Of a stretch of DNA of 64,000 nucleotides, positions 22,458 through 35,200 are shown one piece after another. A program made the position numbers and the translations under genes. This stretch comes from Cirrosporium novae-zelandiae (Eukaryota): positions 124,001-188,000 of the forward strand of contig JAPETS010000019.1 of NCBI GenBank assembly GCA_026023565.1. Direction: 5' to 3'. The stretch's first letter is position 1, and each line of letters opens with the position of its first letter. Under the pieces are notes generated by a model that was not told the origin of the DNA, searched no databases, and saw only the letters and a list, made by a program, of their open reading frames with translations.

Positions 22458-24383
22458 GGTTGGTAGGAAGTATGTAAAAAGTGGAAGTGTTTAGGGCTGT
22501 TAAATATTAGTAAACTATTTTAGATGTTGAAGTCTTCGTGTGATGAGGGAGGGATTGAAATGGGAGACCTCGAGGTGGTTTATTATATGGCTGTAGGTTA
22601 TGGGGAAACAATGGCATTGTACTTGAACAATGTTATTTCTATTGGGGATATATAAAGGAAACATTTTGTGAAGAGCCGTCAAGAGACAAGGAGCTTTTGG
22701 ACAAAGACATGTCATATTAAAGCATTCGTTGACAATTCCTGGGTCATACAAATTCTAACAAAGAACCTTTCTGTGAAAATATCGGTTAGGGCAATCCCTC
22801 ACCAAGCTGGCATTTGTGGCCTTGTTTTGAATGAGCCCTTGTATTCAATTGAAAGGTGAATTGGGACCCCATTGAGTCCTAGGATTCATTACCTCAATGA
22901 GCACAATCTATACGCATTCATAGCCCCAGTGATCATCGCATCTCGTCTCGATCCCTACTGAAAAAATTATACCAACTCATTGGTATTTTTGATGGCCTAT
23001 GGCAGTATTCGTGGAGAGGCTCCCAAGTAGAATGAGATAATGTCTTGGGTTAGCATGTTGCAAACATTGAGGCACGAAGCCTACTCGCTAGATGTTCCAA
23101 ATATTGTGACTATTTCTAGGTCGTCTCCAAAAGTGGCAACCTTTGATCAGATCCATTGCAATCCTAATCGTTAATCATAGAAACTAACGTTGTGTTTTGC
23201 CATTAGGGTTTTAGAAGAATTAGAAAAGCCGAAAGCCAAAGGTCCCTATTATTAGTTAAATTTCGGTGGTAAATTGATGTAGCAGATATCTCGCCATTCA
23301 ACCGATGATTTATGCGTATGATAATTATATCTTGCAGCGACATTAGCTGAAGAGATAATTATGATTGAGGGAAGATCCGAACCTAATTGGCAGCAAAGCT
23401 GCACTCATCACGTTAGCGATCGCAGCATTACCTTCAAGAAATAAGTCATCATTTTTATTGAGATGAACGACAAACATACCAGTAGCCAATCCTCTGCCAT
23501 AACTCCAAAAGTCACTATTCTACTTCCTCGATGAGATTCGCTAACAGGAGCAAAGACATCGAGGTACAGAAAATCCTTATTCTCAGTTGCTAGAAGTAAA
23601 TCTAATCGGAAGCTTAGTAACAAGCATGATCAAAAGCTGTAGCATTTAAAGGAGTAGAAGAAGAATTGAGCTCTTCTAGTAGAATGAATCTTAGGGACCC
23701 TATAGATGGTTTTGCAAACGGGATCCCAAGAAACTCATTGACCTTGACAGTAGTATTTTTAGAAGGTATATATAGGTTGCTGGTTCAGACATGACTTTAG
23801 AGGAGATCGTCGCAGTCAGAGCCGCGCTTCCTGGTCTAGCATAAAAGTCTAGAGCTAATTAAAGCAGAACTTTGAAAGAATAACATAATCTGACTTGGAC
23901 TGGACATTATTTTGAGAAACGATGGGTTGGCCATAACAACAAATTATATCTTAGGTCTTCTTGGTGGGAAGATGCATTTGGGGGTGGAGATAAAGATTGG
24001 AAACATAGCGATAAGGCTGGCAAGCCTTTCGCTTTCGGCACCGAGGCATTGGATCCTGGCATCGGTCCGATCCCCCGTATTCCGGGCCACTAAGACCTAA
24101 CCCGATCTCGCCCGGGACAAGTCCTATCCCAACAACATTATTTAACGTTTCCCGAATATTAGCAAGCAATTGCTTCGAAGCTTCATTCTTGTGAGGTTGT
24201 ATAAATTTTATTGACACCTAACCAACTACCTATTGAAGTAAACAAATTTAGCAATTGCATAAGACTTGTAAGACTCCTTGATGAAAAATAATTGAAGACG
24301 GAATACGTATACTGTTATTGCTGCCACTGCAAATACGTTTTGCACGCATACGTGTTCATCCAACTTCTGGTGGTAAAAGCTGC

Positions 24384-25546
24384 CTATTCAGAAACGCCAC
24401 CACTGGATGTGAGTAGAGAAGCATAGCTGGTGTTATAGCTGGCGGTGGTGTCAACTCCGACCGTCACCCAGGCGAAGAGACCATCTGATACGGTGTCACC
24501 AAGGAGAACGTATTCAAAGACCGGGTCGGAATTACTATCTTCGGTCTCAGTAGCAAATACCCGATCTTCGGCATTGGTGGTGACGTCGTTGGTGTTGGTG
24601 GTATAAGGGTAGGTGGCTTCGACCTCCGTGATGAGATCCTGATCATAAAAGAACTGGCCGATGTGGGCGACTGAGCCACCGGTTACGGTATTGTTGGGGA
24701 GGAGTGTAGCGTTCACATGGGCCACCACGTGGACATGGTTGGTGCGGCCAGAATAATGACCTTTTTGATGTTAGCTTACAGAGGCTTGGGGTAGATATAT
24801 AGTATCTTATCGCACCTGGGAAATTTGTAGTGAATTGTGCTACACCATCGCTATCTGTCATTTGGATCCCGCGTAAAAAGGTCTTATTAAGATTGGAGAG
24901 ATCATCACCATTGCCATTGCTGTCGGATACGATGCCCGAATAGACACCAGTCGAGTTGGCATTCCATACATCCCAGTATAGGCCCGAGATAGGTTCACAG
25001 GTGTTGACATCAATGAACTGACCGTCAATGATAACGGAGACGCCGGGCTCATTATCGATCAGATTCGAACGGACTAGTTCGCCTTTGACCCAGAAAGGTC
25101 CAATCTCACCCTCGGGGGAAAGAATGCAGGTCACATTTTCAGAGTAGAACACGTCGTCGGCCGAGCCAGCCGTAACTCCGGTAAGGTTAGAATAGTGAGA
25201 AGTATTTAATACTGTATCAGTATCACGGACCTGAAGGTATGAACCTAAAAATAGTTAGATATCAGAAGCTTTGTGAAGCACACGGGAGAATCATACCGGC
25301 CGGTTGAGCAGATCTCTTACGAAATTTCTCAGCAGTAGCCTTACGCCGAGCTTCGGCACGCATTTTTATGCCACGGCTTTCAAGATGCTCGGAACAGGAG
25401 TCGAGGCTGCGGCGAGATTGGGCGAGGAAATTCCTCTTAGCGTGCGGGTGCATAGACTTGTGCTCTCCTTGGCCACCAGGATGGGCCATGGCCACGCCAG
25501 CAATGCCAACGATGACAAGTTGAAGGACTTTGGATAGATAAACCAT
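24384..25546 (-). CDS. Secreted intradiol ring-cleavage dioxygenase-like protein
   Basis: Signal peptide 'MVYLSKVLQLVIVGIAGVAMAHP'. Motifs 'CILSPEGEIGPFWV', 'DVWNANSTGVYSG', 'FLRGIQMTD', 'FPG|HYSGRTNHVH', 'HIGQFFYDQ'. The expected Tyr/Tyr/His/His iron ligands are present. Two introns. Confidence 0.9.
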
Positions 25547-28430
25547 GATCAGAATAGGATAGTAACGGAAAGATCTATTTTCTTTCTAAAAAAGCTAAAT
25601 CGTGAAGAGTTGAGATGGAAGAGAGAAGATTTAATGAAGACCCAGATTGCTTGATGGGGAGTTTTGAAAACGCGGCCATGTATCCGTTATCTATAATGTT
25701 CCCCATAATCATAGACGTGTTTTATAGAAACATGAATGTTTGACCGTTGCAGGGTTCTAGCTTCACAACAATTCAACAGGAAGAGGGGAAAATAACATTC
25801 CGCCGCGCGTCGCGGAGTAAAATCTCAACTGGAAATTCATAGTGAAATCACAAATAAGGATAAAGAAATATCAAATTTTGAAGTCTCTGGATAGACTTTA
25901 CATCAATTGGGGAGATAGAAATGTGGGAAGTAAGTGAAAGACGTTCATTTGGGCGAATAAGAAGCAACCCAAAAGATTCGTAATATTCCTTCTTGGTTTT
26001 TGTTTCGAATAACTTTCCCCGCATATTTCTATGCTACTTGCGTAGGGTCGTGTCGATCTCTTCCTAATAAAATATTGTGGAGATGTGAGTCAGTTTTGGT
26101 GAGATACAAGGCCCAAATTCCAATTGGTGATGGCTGCGAGCAAGTGTCCCCTGTTTCCTTCTGTTTTAGAACGTTGGTTCCTGCAGCCTTTTATATATGC
26201 AACCCATGTAGACCGCGCAAGCAGTATGAAATTTCTTATCAATCCCTCCAATAGGGTGCTGTCCATATCGTCATAGTTGAAATAAGAGCCGACGCCATTG
26301 GGCCACTCTTGATATTTACTGAGTAGTATCCTCTGAAGCGGGCTCATATAGACTACGCTAAGAAATCTAAGAGCGCCATTTCATAAGCTTTGATTTGCTG
26401 GTTCTGACTACGTTTAACCTTCTAAAGGATAACGACCCTGTGAAAGATATAATTTCATCAACATAAACAGCATAATTGCCTGAACAATTTTAGTTTTTCA
26501 GGCGTGGTCCACGTGGAATGGCTTCAGAGGATAGTACTCTTAATTCCCGTTTATCTTCTATGGCGTAAAAACCTGATAAACTTGGCTCAAGACCTAACAC
26601 TGAACATTGAATAGTGAAAACTGACTTTATGTAATTAGATTAAAGCTTTCACATCTATCCAGTACCAAACCTCGGCCCTACCACGTGCCGAGGTAACAAA
26701 AATACTCCGAGATCTGCGATAGCACTCTACTAAAGTAAACCTTAGGTCAACCTGCAAGCATTCAGCAACATTACCTAATTACAAAAATATCTTTCCCTTC
26801 CTAATAAATGTGCACGATGTGTCTGCAGGAGTGTGATAAGTCGAAGAAAAAGGGGTTAAAACCTGGGTTTTAATATCCGTCCCTATAACATATGCTCTTG
26901 AGTTTAGCAGGTGAATCCTACCGCACGGCTATGAAGCAACTAGTAGTGCAAACTACCGCTGAGAGCTCCCAAAGAATAACCAATAAGCTCTACTTGATAT
27001 CTTGTTTCATCTGATTGTCTAGCTTTAGGGATTTCCGATGTTAAAAAGCCGTTCCAATGGACAACAACATTTCATTCAATGCAAGCATTCCACCAGTAGA
27101 AAACTAGTAATATGGCTAGATTCCCACTCTATGTCTCCTACCTCTGTTTGGCTGTGCGGTAGCTATCTTGCGTCCTAAATTAGTCGCGTAGGTGATGCTG
27201 CGCACAAGATTAATTTCATCCTCACATGGGATGTTCTATTTGGTATCAGTTCGACAGGTCCCATAACTGCTGCAATCCGAAACGCTGAAGTTGATGTTCA
27301 AATCCAGTTGAGCTGGATCATCGACTTGAGACACTGTTTCCTCAACAACCACGACTACCTCAACCTACGACGAGACCTCATTCCAAAACCGACAAGGATT
27401 TCGGGGAAATAGTGAACCAGGAGCTCACTCAAACGCTATTTCAATATCCGGCCCTCCTTGACGAATCGGACTTCAAGCTCCTAGTGGTATTCTGTGCCTA
27501 CTACTTCTGCCCCAAAAATAGAACCCGTATTCAACAAAAGCCACCTGGTTCCTAATTCGGCTATTTAGAAAGCTTTGTGTTTACAACATCACGACGAACG
27601 GTGGGTTCGTGCGTGTCCGGTAGTAGGACATTGACGACGTAGCGAGGTTCCTTAATTGCTGGTTGATATAAGTTTCATAAGAATCTGTTAGCTTCAATAT
27701 CGAAATGGAGCACTCTTCCGTCCTAGCTTCAGCAATAATCCTGCTGAGAAGTACTCTAGATTTCTTTCACGTCCTTGGGTTATATGATTCGGGTGGGTAT
27801 AAACAACGCCGGGTATGAACCAATCCTTAAGAAAGCGTTGTATTTTCCATGTTCTTTGAAATAATTGAGGAGATGTTTGGGCTACAGTACAATATCAGCG
27901 ATCATAGGCGAGTGTAGACAATCAAGATAAAGGTCTTTATACATTGTGTTAAGAAATTAAATATGGAGGCACACAGATAAGAATGGAATTTATGTATCAA
28001 TGCTTTGGGGCTGAACAAGGGAAAAGCATTCTTTTTATCGTAAACAAAGCTATTTGCTACTGAGTATACTACAAGAGAGGAAGATAGCATTTGTGAAAAG
28101 TTGAAAGTAAAAATCTGAATGAGTAGCCGACATCACCTAGATCGATGCGGAAAATTACAAGGAAATAGATGGATATCACCGTGGTTAGGAGAAGGGTTTT
28201 CGCAAATTTATACCGTTCCTATAGTGCATAATTCAAAGGCACAGGTCATGCTTACATACCCAGGTATCTTGGTAAATCAAAACAATGAGTGGAATTGGTC
28301 TTTGAGCCTTTGCTGATTAATAGGAAGACTAGGACAATACCGATTATGAAATCAAATTCTAAACAAACACTCCGAAACCACTAGAGATATCCCTAAGACA
28401 TCTCCATCTACTATTTCACTCGAGAGCTTG

Positions 28431-29780
28431 CTACTCTGATACCCAATTCGTCACAACTCGCTTGAGATATTTCATAAATTTCCAGAAACCTATCGCATAC
28501 TCAACATTTCCCATGGGATCTACCACTAACTCAGGCCAAGCAATTCCTGCACCATATAATCCCGGGACTTTCTTTCCCTTGTTGTTAGCAAACCCACCAG
28601 TCGTCGGATTATAAACAACATTCAACTCCTTTCCATCGCTATACATTGTGGGAATGGGATCTCGCTTGAACCCGATGGCCTGAACGAGATGCGTACATAG
28701 AGGTAGATGTCTCTCGTACAAGGCCTTCTCATCTATCTTGGAATCAATCTTTTGGATATATTTACTCACAGGAGAGCTAGAGAACTTATCCTCTTCAAGA
28801 TTCTCTCTAGCCCAATCCGCTGCAAGTCCTTTCAATCCGGTATTATCACGGAGAATCCAACCGTCCATATACTCAGCATATTCCAAGGGGTTGCGAAAGA
28901 ACCATTTAATTCGTAGCTGTGGATGTGTGGATGTGGCGAGATTGAATAGATTATGAAGAATAAGGACGGCACTGTGAGATGCACCGATTACGGCCACTGT
29001 CACAGGATTGTTGGTAGGAATGGATGATACAAGAACAGATGGCGTGAGAGCAGTATCGAGGTGTATTCTTTGTATGTTCAGATTAGGTACTGGAAGGGGG
29101 TGTTCGACAGGAGAGGAGCCAGTACAAAGAACAAGGCGAGGTGAGGAGACCTTAATAGGGTTGGATGCAGGGTCTTGGATTTGCACTATCCATTTCAAAG
29201 ACTAGGTACGCGAACCCCGCTTTAGTTTCTTACTCAACCATACAGTAGAATGGCTAACTAAGAGGCTTATTTACTGACCTCGTTTTCCCAATTTGCAGAC
29301 TTTACCCTTCCTAGTTGTGTATCTACATCCGGCGACTCGCCGATCCCTTTGGAAAGCATCAGACATGCATCAGCCGCATGCTTGAGCAAGCATCCCTTTT
29401 CCCCTTCCAGTTTTTTAAGGTCGGAAATAGCATTTGGGCCCGGTTTTGCTTGTATCACATCTCGGAAAGGCTTAACTGCTTCGACGAAGGAAACGAAGAG
29501 TGATGCTTTTGTGTTACTTTGGAGAAACAACCAATCAGCCATACAGTCCTACTTGGTTGGATTCGCCGCTCATTGCGTGATCCAGCACGTAAATTAAGGA
29601 TGGGGAATGTATTCACCTTGGAACCTCCCGATAAGCTCTATTAACCCTCCCTCCTTGGAAATGGGTATCGACCCAGAGTATTCTGCGAACCTGCTGCTCT
29701 AGAAGATTGCCAACTACGGCCAGGCCTGCTGGGCCGGCGCCTACGACAACAACTGCATAGTTTTTGAGGCCTGAAGACAT
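28431..29780 (-). CDS. Uncharacterised FAD/NAD(P)-dependent oxidoreductase (Pyr_redox-type, two dinucleotide-binding folds)
   Basis: ATG at 29780 gives '[41 protein letters not shown]'. Then 'LVLCTGS', second Rossmann motif '[10 protein letters not shown]', 'VQAIGF', '[10 protein letters not shown]'. Two introns. Confidence 0.85.
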
Positions 29781-30517
29781 GTTAATGAACGAAGCGAGGA
29801 TAACGGAGGAATTCTATAAAGGATGGCGAAAGAACAGGTGAACTAGGACATAGAAGACCGCAGAGTTAACATATAAAAGAAAGTCTGCGAGCACACCTGA
29901 AGCCTCAGGTAAGTCACTTTCCCCTTTCTACGCAATATGAGACCCGCAGACATGAAACCCAAAATACACATCTTGAGCGCCAATGTACGTATTGTCAGGG
30001 GGAGGGCCACCTAATCTTGATAACCCTAGTAACTTCCTCATGGCGACGATAAAGGCAGGTAGACCTGTCAGACGTTCAGAAAAACAACAGACTTCCTTAT
30101 CGGGGAGGATAGCAATGGAGTGCTAGAGGCCGTCAATTTCGTAGAGGATATTATTGCATCCCTAATCAAGGATCATATTGGAGTCTATTGGTCAACTTGG
30201 GGTTAAAGGATGGTAAATGGATGGTGACAACATCCAGGTCGCCATCACGCAATATATAATCAAATGCTCGAAATGAAAGCCAAGAGATGATATGTGCTTT
30301 GAATTAGAGAAGGTGTCATAGACCGTAAACGCAATGAAGTTACCGCCAACCGTAATATACTTTGTGTCACATGTCATGTCCTCCTTCCATCCCCCACCAA
30401 TTCTATTTTCTCCATTTCCCATCCATCATCATCATCATCAAGATCTTTCCACTCTCCACTTTTTATTAGAACATCTCCACTCAATTGAAGATAATTTCAT
30501 CAATCAATCAAATCAAA
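29781..30517. promoter_or_regulatory. Bidirectional promoter of xanA and the FAD oxidoreductase, with GATA sites
   Basis: TGATAA 30018, CGATAA 30047, CTTATCG 30096 (reverse CGATAAG). Confidence 0.5.
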
Positions 30518-31783
30518 ATGGTTTTCTCAGTTACCCCCATCGCCCCTCCCGTAAACTCGAAGGTCGACTTTGGCGCCGTCATCAAAGGTCTTAATATAGA
30601 AAATCTGAGCGGTAAGTCCGGAAGAGACAAACTTATAAAATGAGATTATTATTATTCAAGGGAGCACTCCGTGGATCGGTAACCTCCTTGCTGTAAGTAT
30701 GTGAAATAGGACATTCTAAAACGAGGGATCAAAAGGGATTCTAACCATATATCTACAGATGACGACTTCGCCCTTATTCGCGAAACCCTCTATAGAAAAA
30801 ATGTCGTAGTCCTGAAAGTTTCCCCATCTCTTTCCCCAAAGGCGCAATACGAACTCACCCGACGATTTGACCCCACTGCCGACAACTACGGGCATGGAAA
30901 GACACTCGACGTGAAGCGCAGTGTCCTACATCCGGATCTCAAAACCGTTCCCCATCAACCACAAGTTCAGGTTATTGGAAATGGATACATTCCCTCGTAC
31001 GAAGGGCTCGAGAACATCACCCTCAAACATCCGCATCACAAAGTCTTCCATAAAACCCATGTCCCGGAAGCCGACGACCTAAACTATACTCGTTTTTATC
31101 GTTGGCACATTGATGCCGCTCTTTACGACCTCAACCCTCCCCGCGTGACATCTCTCCTCGCCGTCTCCGTGCCGAAAGGCCGTCGTCAGACCGTCCGCTA
31201 CGATGACGGTACAGGCGATGAACTAGACGTCCCGTTGGGAACCACCGCCTTCGTAAGCGGTACTAATATGTACAATCTCCTCTCCGATGACGACAAAGAA
31301 TTCGTCCGGACCAGCAAAGTAGAATATGCACCCCACCCGTATGTGTGGATGAGCCCCGCAAAATCCTTTCCAGACGGCCTAGGCATGTTCTCCGACAACC
31401 TCGAGCTCCCAGAAACAGAGCTCCCACCCTTCGAAGAGTCCAAAATCAAAATCCTACCTATGGTCTGGAAGAACCCCGTCACCGGTGCCCTTGCCCTGCA
31501 GGTCCACCCAGCTGCGGTACGAAAAATCCATTTGAAGGATGGATCCGTCATCGACGACCTGCCTCGGGTTCGGAAAATAATTCATGACCTCCAGCGTCCA
31601 GCAATCAGTCCTGAGTTCGTGTATCCACATGACTGGCAAGAGGGAGATTTGGTTCTGTTTAATAACCAGGGCGTGCTGCATTCCGTGGTAGGTGCGTTTG
31701 CGAAGGATGAAGTTAGGCTCTTTAGGCAATGCAACATGGCTGCCAGTGAGGAGCCTTTGGGCCCTGAGGCTATTGTGGCTTGA
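30518..31783 (+). CDS. xanA: Alpha-ketoglutarate-dependent xanthine dioxygenase
   Basis: Exons 30518-30611 and 30759-31783. Signature stretches 'SPKAQYELTRRFDP..YGHGKTLD.KRS.LHPDLKT.PHQPQVQVIG', 'TRFYRWHIDAALY', 'DVPLGTTAF', 'GVLHSVVGAF', 'RLFRQCN' match what I recall of Aspergillus XanA. Confidence 0.93.
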
Positions 31784-32245
31784 GCACTCTTTTTTTTTCA
31801 AGGTTAAGATGGGTGTTTCTTTGTGGGACAGAAATATCTACATATACATATGCCTGGTTTGCTCAACCAGACCAGATCCATCTATTCCCTTTATATCCGC
31901 ATTTCCATTTACATTTATATTTACATTCGACTACACTCTTCTAGATAGATTATACATAGAATATAGAACTGAAGTTCCAAATCCCTATTTAAGAGCTACA
32001 GGTGGTATTCACTTTGACGACTGATTTTCGAAAATTATTAGAAAAGTAAAAGTCGTCTAGGGGACATTGAAGGACAAGATAGATGAATTATATGGTCATA
32101 CATATTTGTGGGCGTAGAATTAACACACCATTATTTAACGTCAGTTGGAGACAAAAATTGGATTGATCAGCTACTTTGACTCTTATGGACTTGAAAGATC
32201 TAACTACTTCTACTAAGTAGACTTTTTTTCTATCACCCCCACGAT

Positions 32246-35200
32246 TCATTCCAGTGCTGGCATCTCCTCCTCCTCCCGCATCCGATTAGCATAAATCGTA
32301 TCCACGGTATCCTTATTCTCCCGATAGAAATCCTCACAATACTGTCGTAACTGCAACGCCCTGGCTTCACCCGCACACTCAACAACACCCTTGACATTAT
32401 CAAGCCGCACAAGCTTCTTCGCGCTAATCAACATCTTATCCTCGATCTGTGCATGCAGCTCTCCAATCGTCCAGCGATCGGCCCCCCGCAGGAGGTCGAG
32501 CATGTCGTCCAGCTTGTCGGCGGTGGTGGCGAGGCTGTCGTCCTCGGCCAGGAGATACGGTTTCCAGGAGAAGGATCGGTATGCAAAATCTACCAGTGAG
32601 AATACGGTGCTGTATTTCATATCCTCGAGGGGGATTTCGCTCCGGTCGGATCCCATGTTCTGCCAGGGGCCCGTGAAGCGGGTTTTCCAGTACCCGGATA
32701 CCGAGGCCAGGATCAGTTTGTGTGCTCCGATTTCTCGGCCTTCGGGTAGAAGCTTGATGTCGAATCCCTGGCCCAGGGCGCGGAATTGCCGGAACTCTTT
32801 GAATTGCGATGCCATGTCCGTTGTAGAGGCATCCTGGAGCTGGGTGGAAGGTGACACCGAAGGATATACAATGGATTTGCAGCCAGCGGCTTTGAGAAGG
32901 TTCGAAAATGGATTCAAGAAGGTTCGGAGAGCAGCGAGAGAGCCGGAGTCACAAGTGCTTGACAGAATTAGATGCGCGGTATCACTCCAAGAGTTCTTCA
33001 GCTGGTCTAAGCTTAACCTATCGGACTCAGAAGTTTCTATGTTTAACCAAATGGCTTGATCTTTTCGTTTGAATGGTATGCTATTGATACCATGCGCAAG
33101 GTCGTTCTGGAGATAGTCGTAGGTGCTACGGACATCGGAGATAAAATCATAAATCTCGTCCGCATCTAGTGACTCGACTATGGATTTCAGATATTCTAGG
33201 TGTTTCCATACAGAGTCCACTGGAGGCCCAGAGAATCCATGATAGTGGTGAGAGGCTGGATACGACTCGGGGAAAGGAATTTGGCTCCAACAAAGAGCCT
33301 TGAACGAAAAGGGAACAGCTAAAGAAATCGGAATAAACTGAGCTTCTCTAGCTATAGCTTCCATCTTGGCTCTGCGAAAAGTAGGCTCCTCGACGTACTC
33401 GGTTCTGGAAATAAGTGAGACGAAATATCCCAATTCCTGCCAGTCGTTCATGGACGGATTTGCGAGATTACTTGGGGATCCTAAGATCGGAGAGAGGACA
33501 AGTCGCATATCATCCTTAAGTAAGGAATCTGATGGGTCTTTTTCCATTCTCCGATTCAAGGCCCGGACACAGAGTAGATAGTCATCTGGTTCTAAGAATC
33601 CATTGTTCCGCCGATGAAGACCTAATTTAGAGTAAAGGCCATTCAGACTTGCAAAATCAGGATGCAAGATCTTTTTCCCTAGTTCTGTTCTGAAAGCTGC
33701 CTTAAATATCTCGTCCCCGCCGTCAAAAAGCTCATTGGGGCGATGAAGTACTCCTGCAGAGTCTGGAGCTATATCCAGACCACTCAGTAGTAGGTGAAGG
33801 GGCCTCCCCTCGGACGACAAATAGTATGGATCGCGTGTTTGAATTTCGGAAACCTCACCACTGCTAGACAAGGCGTAAACGAATTCCAAAAAGGTTGGTA
33901 ACTCATCGTTTTGCAATTTACCCTGAGGTAGACTAGGTGCTATCCATTCGGATAGAAAGTCCATAATTGACACGGGCTTGATATCAAGTTTCATTAGAGT
34001 TTGAGCATGTTGCTTATAGAAACTGGGGTCGATGAATAAATCCCGATTTTTAACCCATTGTGGTAGCAGCCTAGGATTGCTCACAACTCTTGCGCTAGTT
34101 GCATCGATCATGAAATTTGGCCTTGAATACATGGGCCAAAGCGGTATTTCCCTCAAATAACGATACTCTTTTGATTGTGTCCATTTTTTCTCGCTTTGGG
34201 TTATAGTTTTAAGAGCTGAAAGAACTCCTTGTTGGAATATGTTTATATCTTCCCTATTCATATAAAAGTAGAAGAAAGGTGATATCTCTTGGCTTGGCTG
34301 TGAGGCTAATATGTGGAGGGAAAGAATAAATCTCTTCATAAAATAAAGGTCCTTTAGTGAACTATGTCTTTCGTTAAAGGCCGAAGGCATGAATTTCCGG
34401 TTTAGACGATAGAGTCCTGGTATGCTGGAGAAGAGTCTTTGCTCCCTTGGATCAATTGGATCAATTACATAGGGAATATTGTCTAATTGAGATGGCTGAA
34501 GATATATATTCTCGTGATTGCGCTGAGCAAGGAGCAACGGAAACGACCTGATGCCATATGTACAACAGAACGAGTGGAACCCGACATTCCTATCCGACTC
34601 GTCTATTTCAAAATTGGCGTTGAAGAAAGCCCAGAAAGATTTAAGCCAAATCATACTCTCATCTGAGTATTCAGTGCTCCATTGCTTCTTTTCTAGTAAT
34701 CCACTCAGGTGGGATAATTGAAAGGTGTAGACATTAAATCCAGAACTGCGTATTATGGCCTTAATGAAGGGTTTTCCAATATCGTTATTAATCATCAAAT
34801 CTGACGCAAAGTCTTGGAAGAGAAGGGCACCTGCGCGATGGTCTATCAGATAGTAAGATTTGGAAATCGCCTCTCCATGGTTCAAAATTTCAAGGGTGCC
34901 AAAAGAGCCATCGGCTAAAGGGACTATGGGACAAGAATCCCAAGGCTGAGTATCAAATCCAGTTGTCGGTTTTAGAAATTCAAAAAAAGTATTGAAGACT
35001 TTAACAGAATTATCCTTGCTTGATTGTTTAAGGAAGCTTTCTAAGCGACCTCGAGATCCCGTGTCAGATACAAGTCTATCTCGAAGGATATCAGGCGTCA
35101 TTTTCTCAACTTTGAGGTGAAGGGGATCAAGCTGTATTCTTTGACGAGTTGGTAACCGTACTAAGTTTGGGAATATTAGGCTAAGGAGACCGTGGAGAAT

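Noticed and set aside
29781..30517. Canonical UaY site (TCGG-N6-CCGA) in the xanA or NCS1 promoters
   Set aside because: Looked for it by eye and did not find it; only GATA sites are supported.
32391..33059. 222-aa plus-strand ORF
   Set aside because: Antisense shadow of the GC-rich BTB-coding region with no recognisable motifs.
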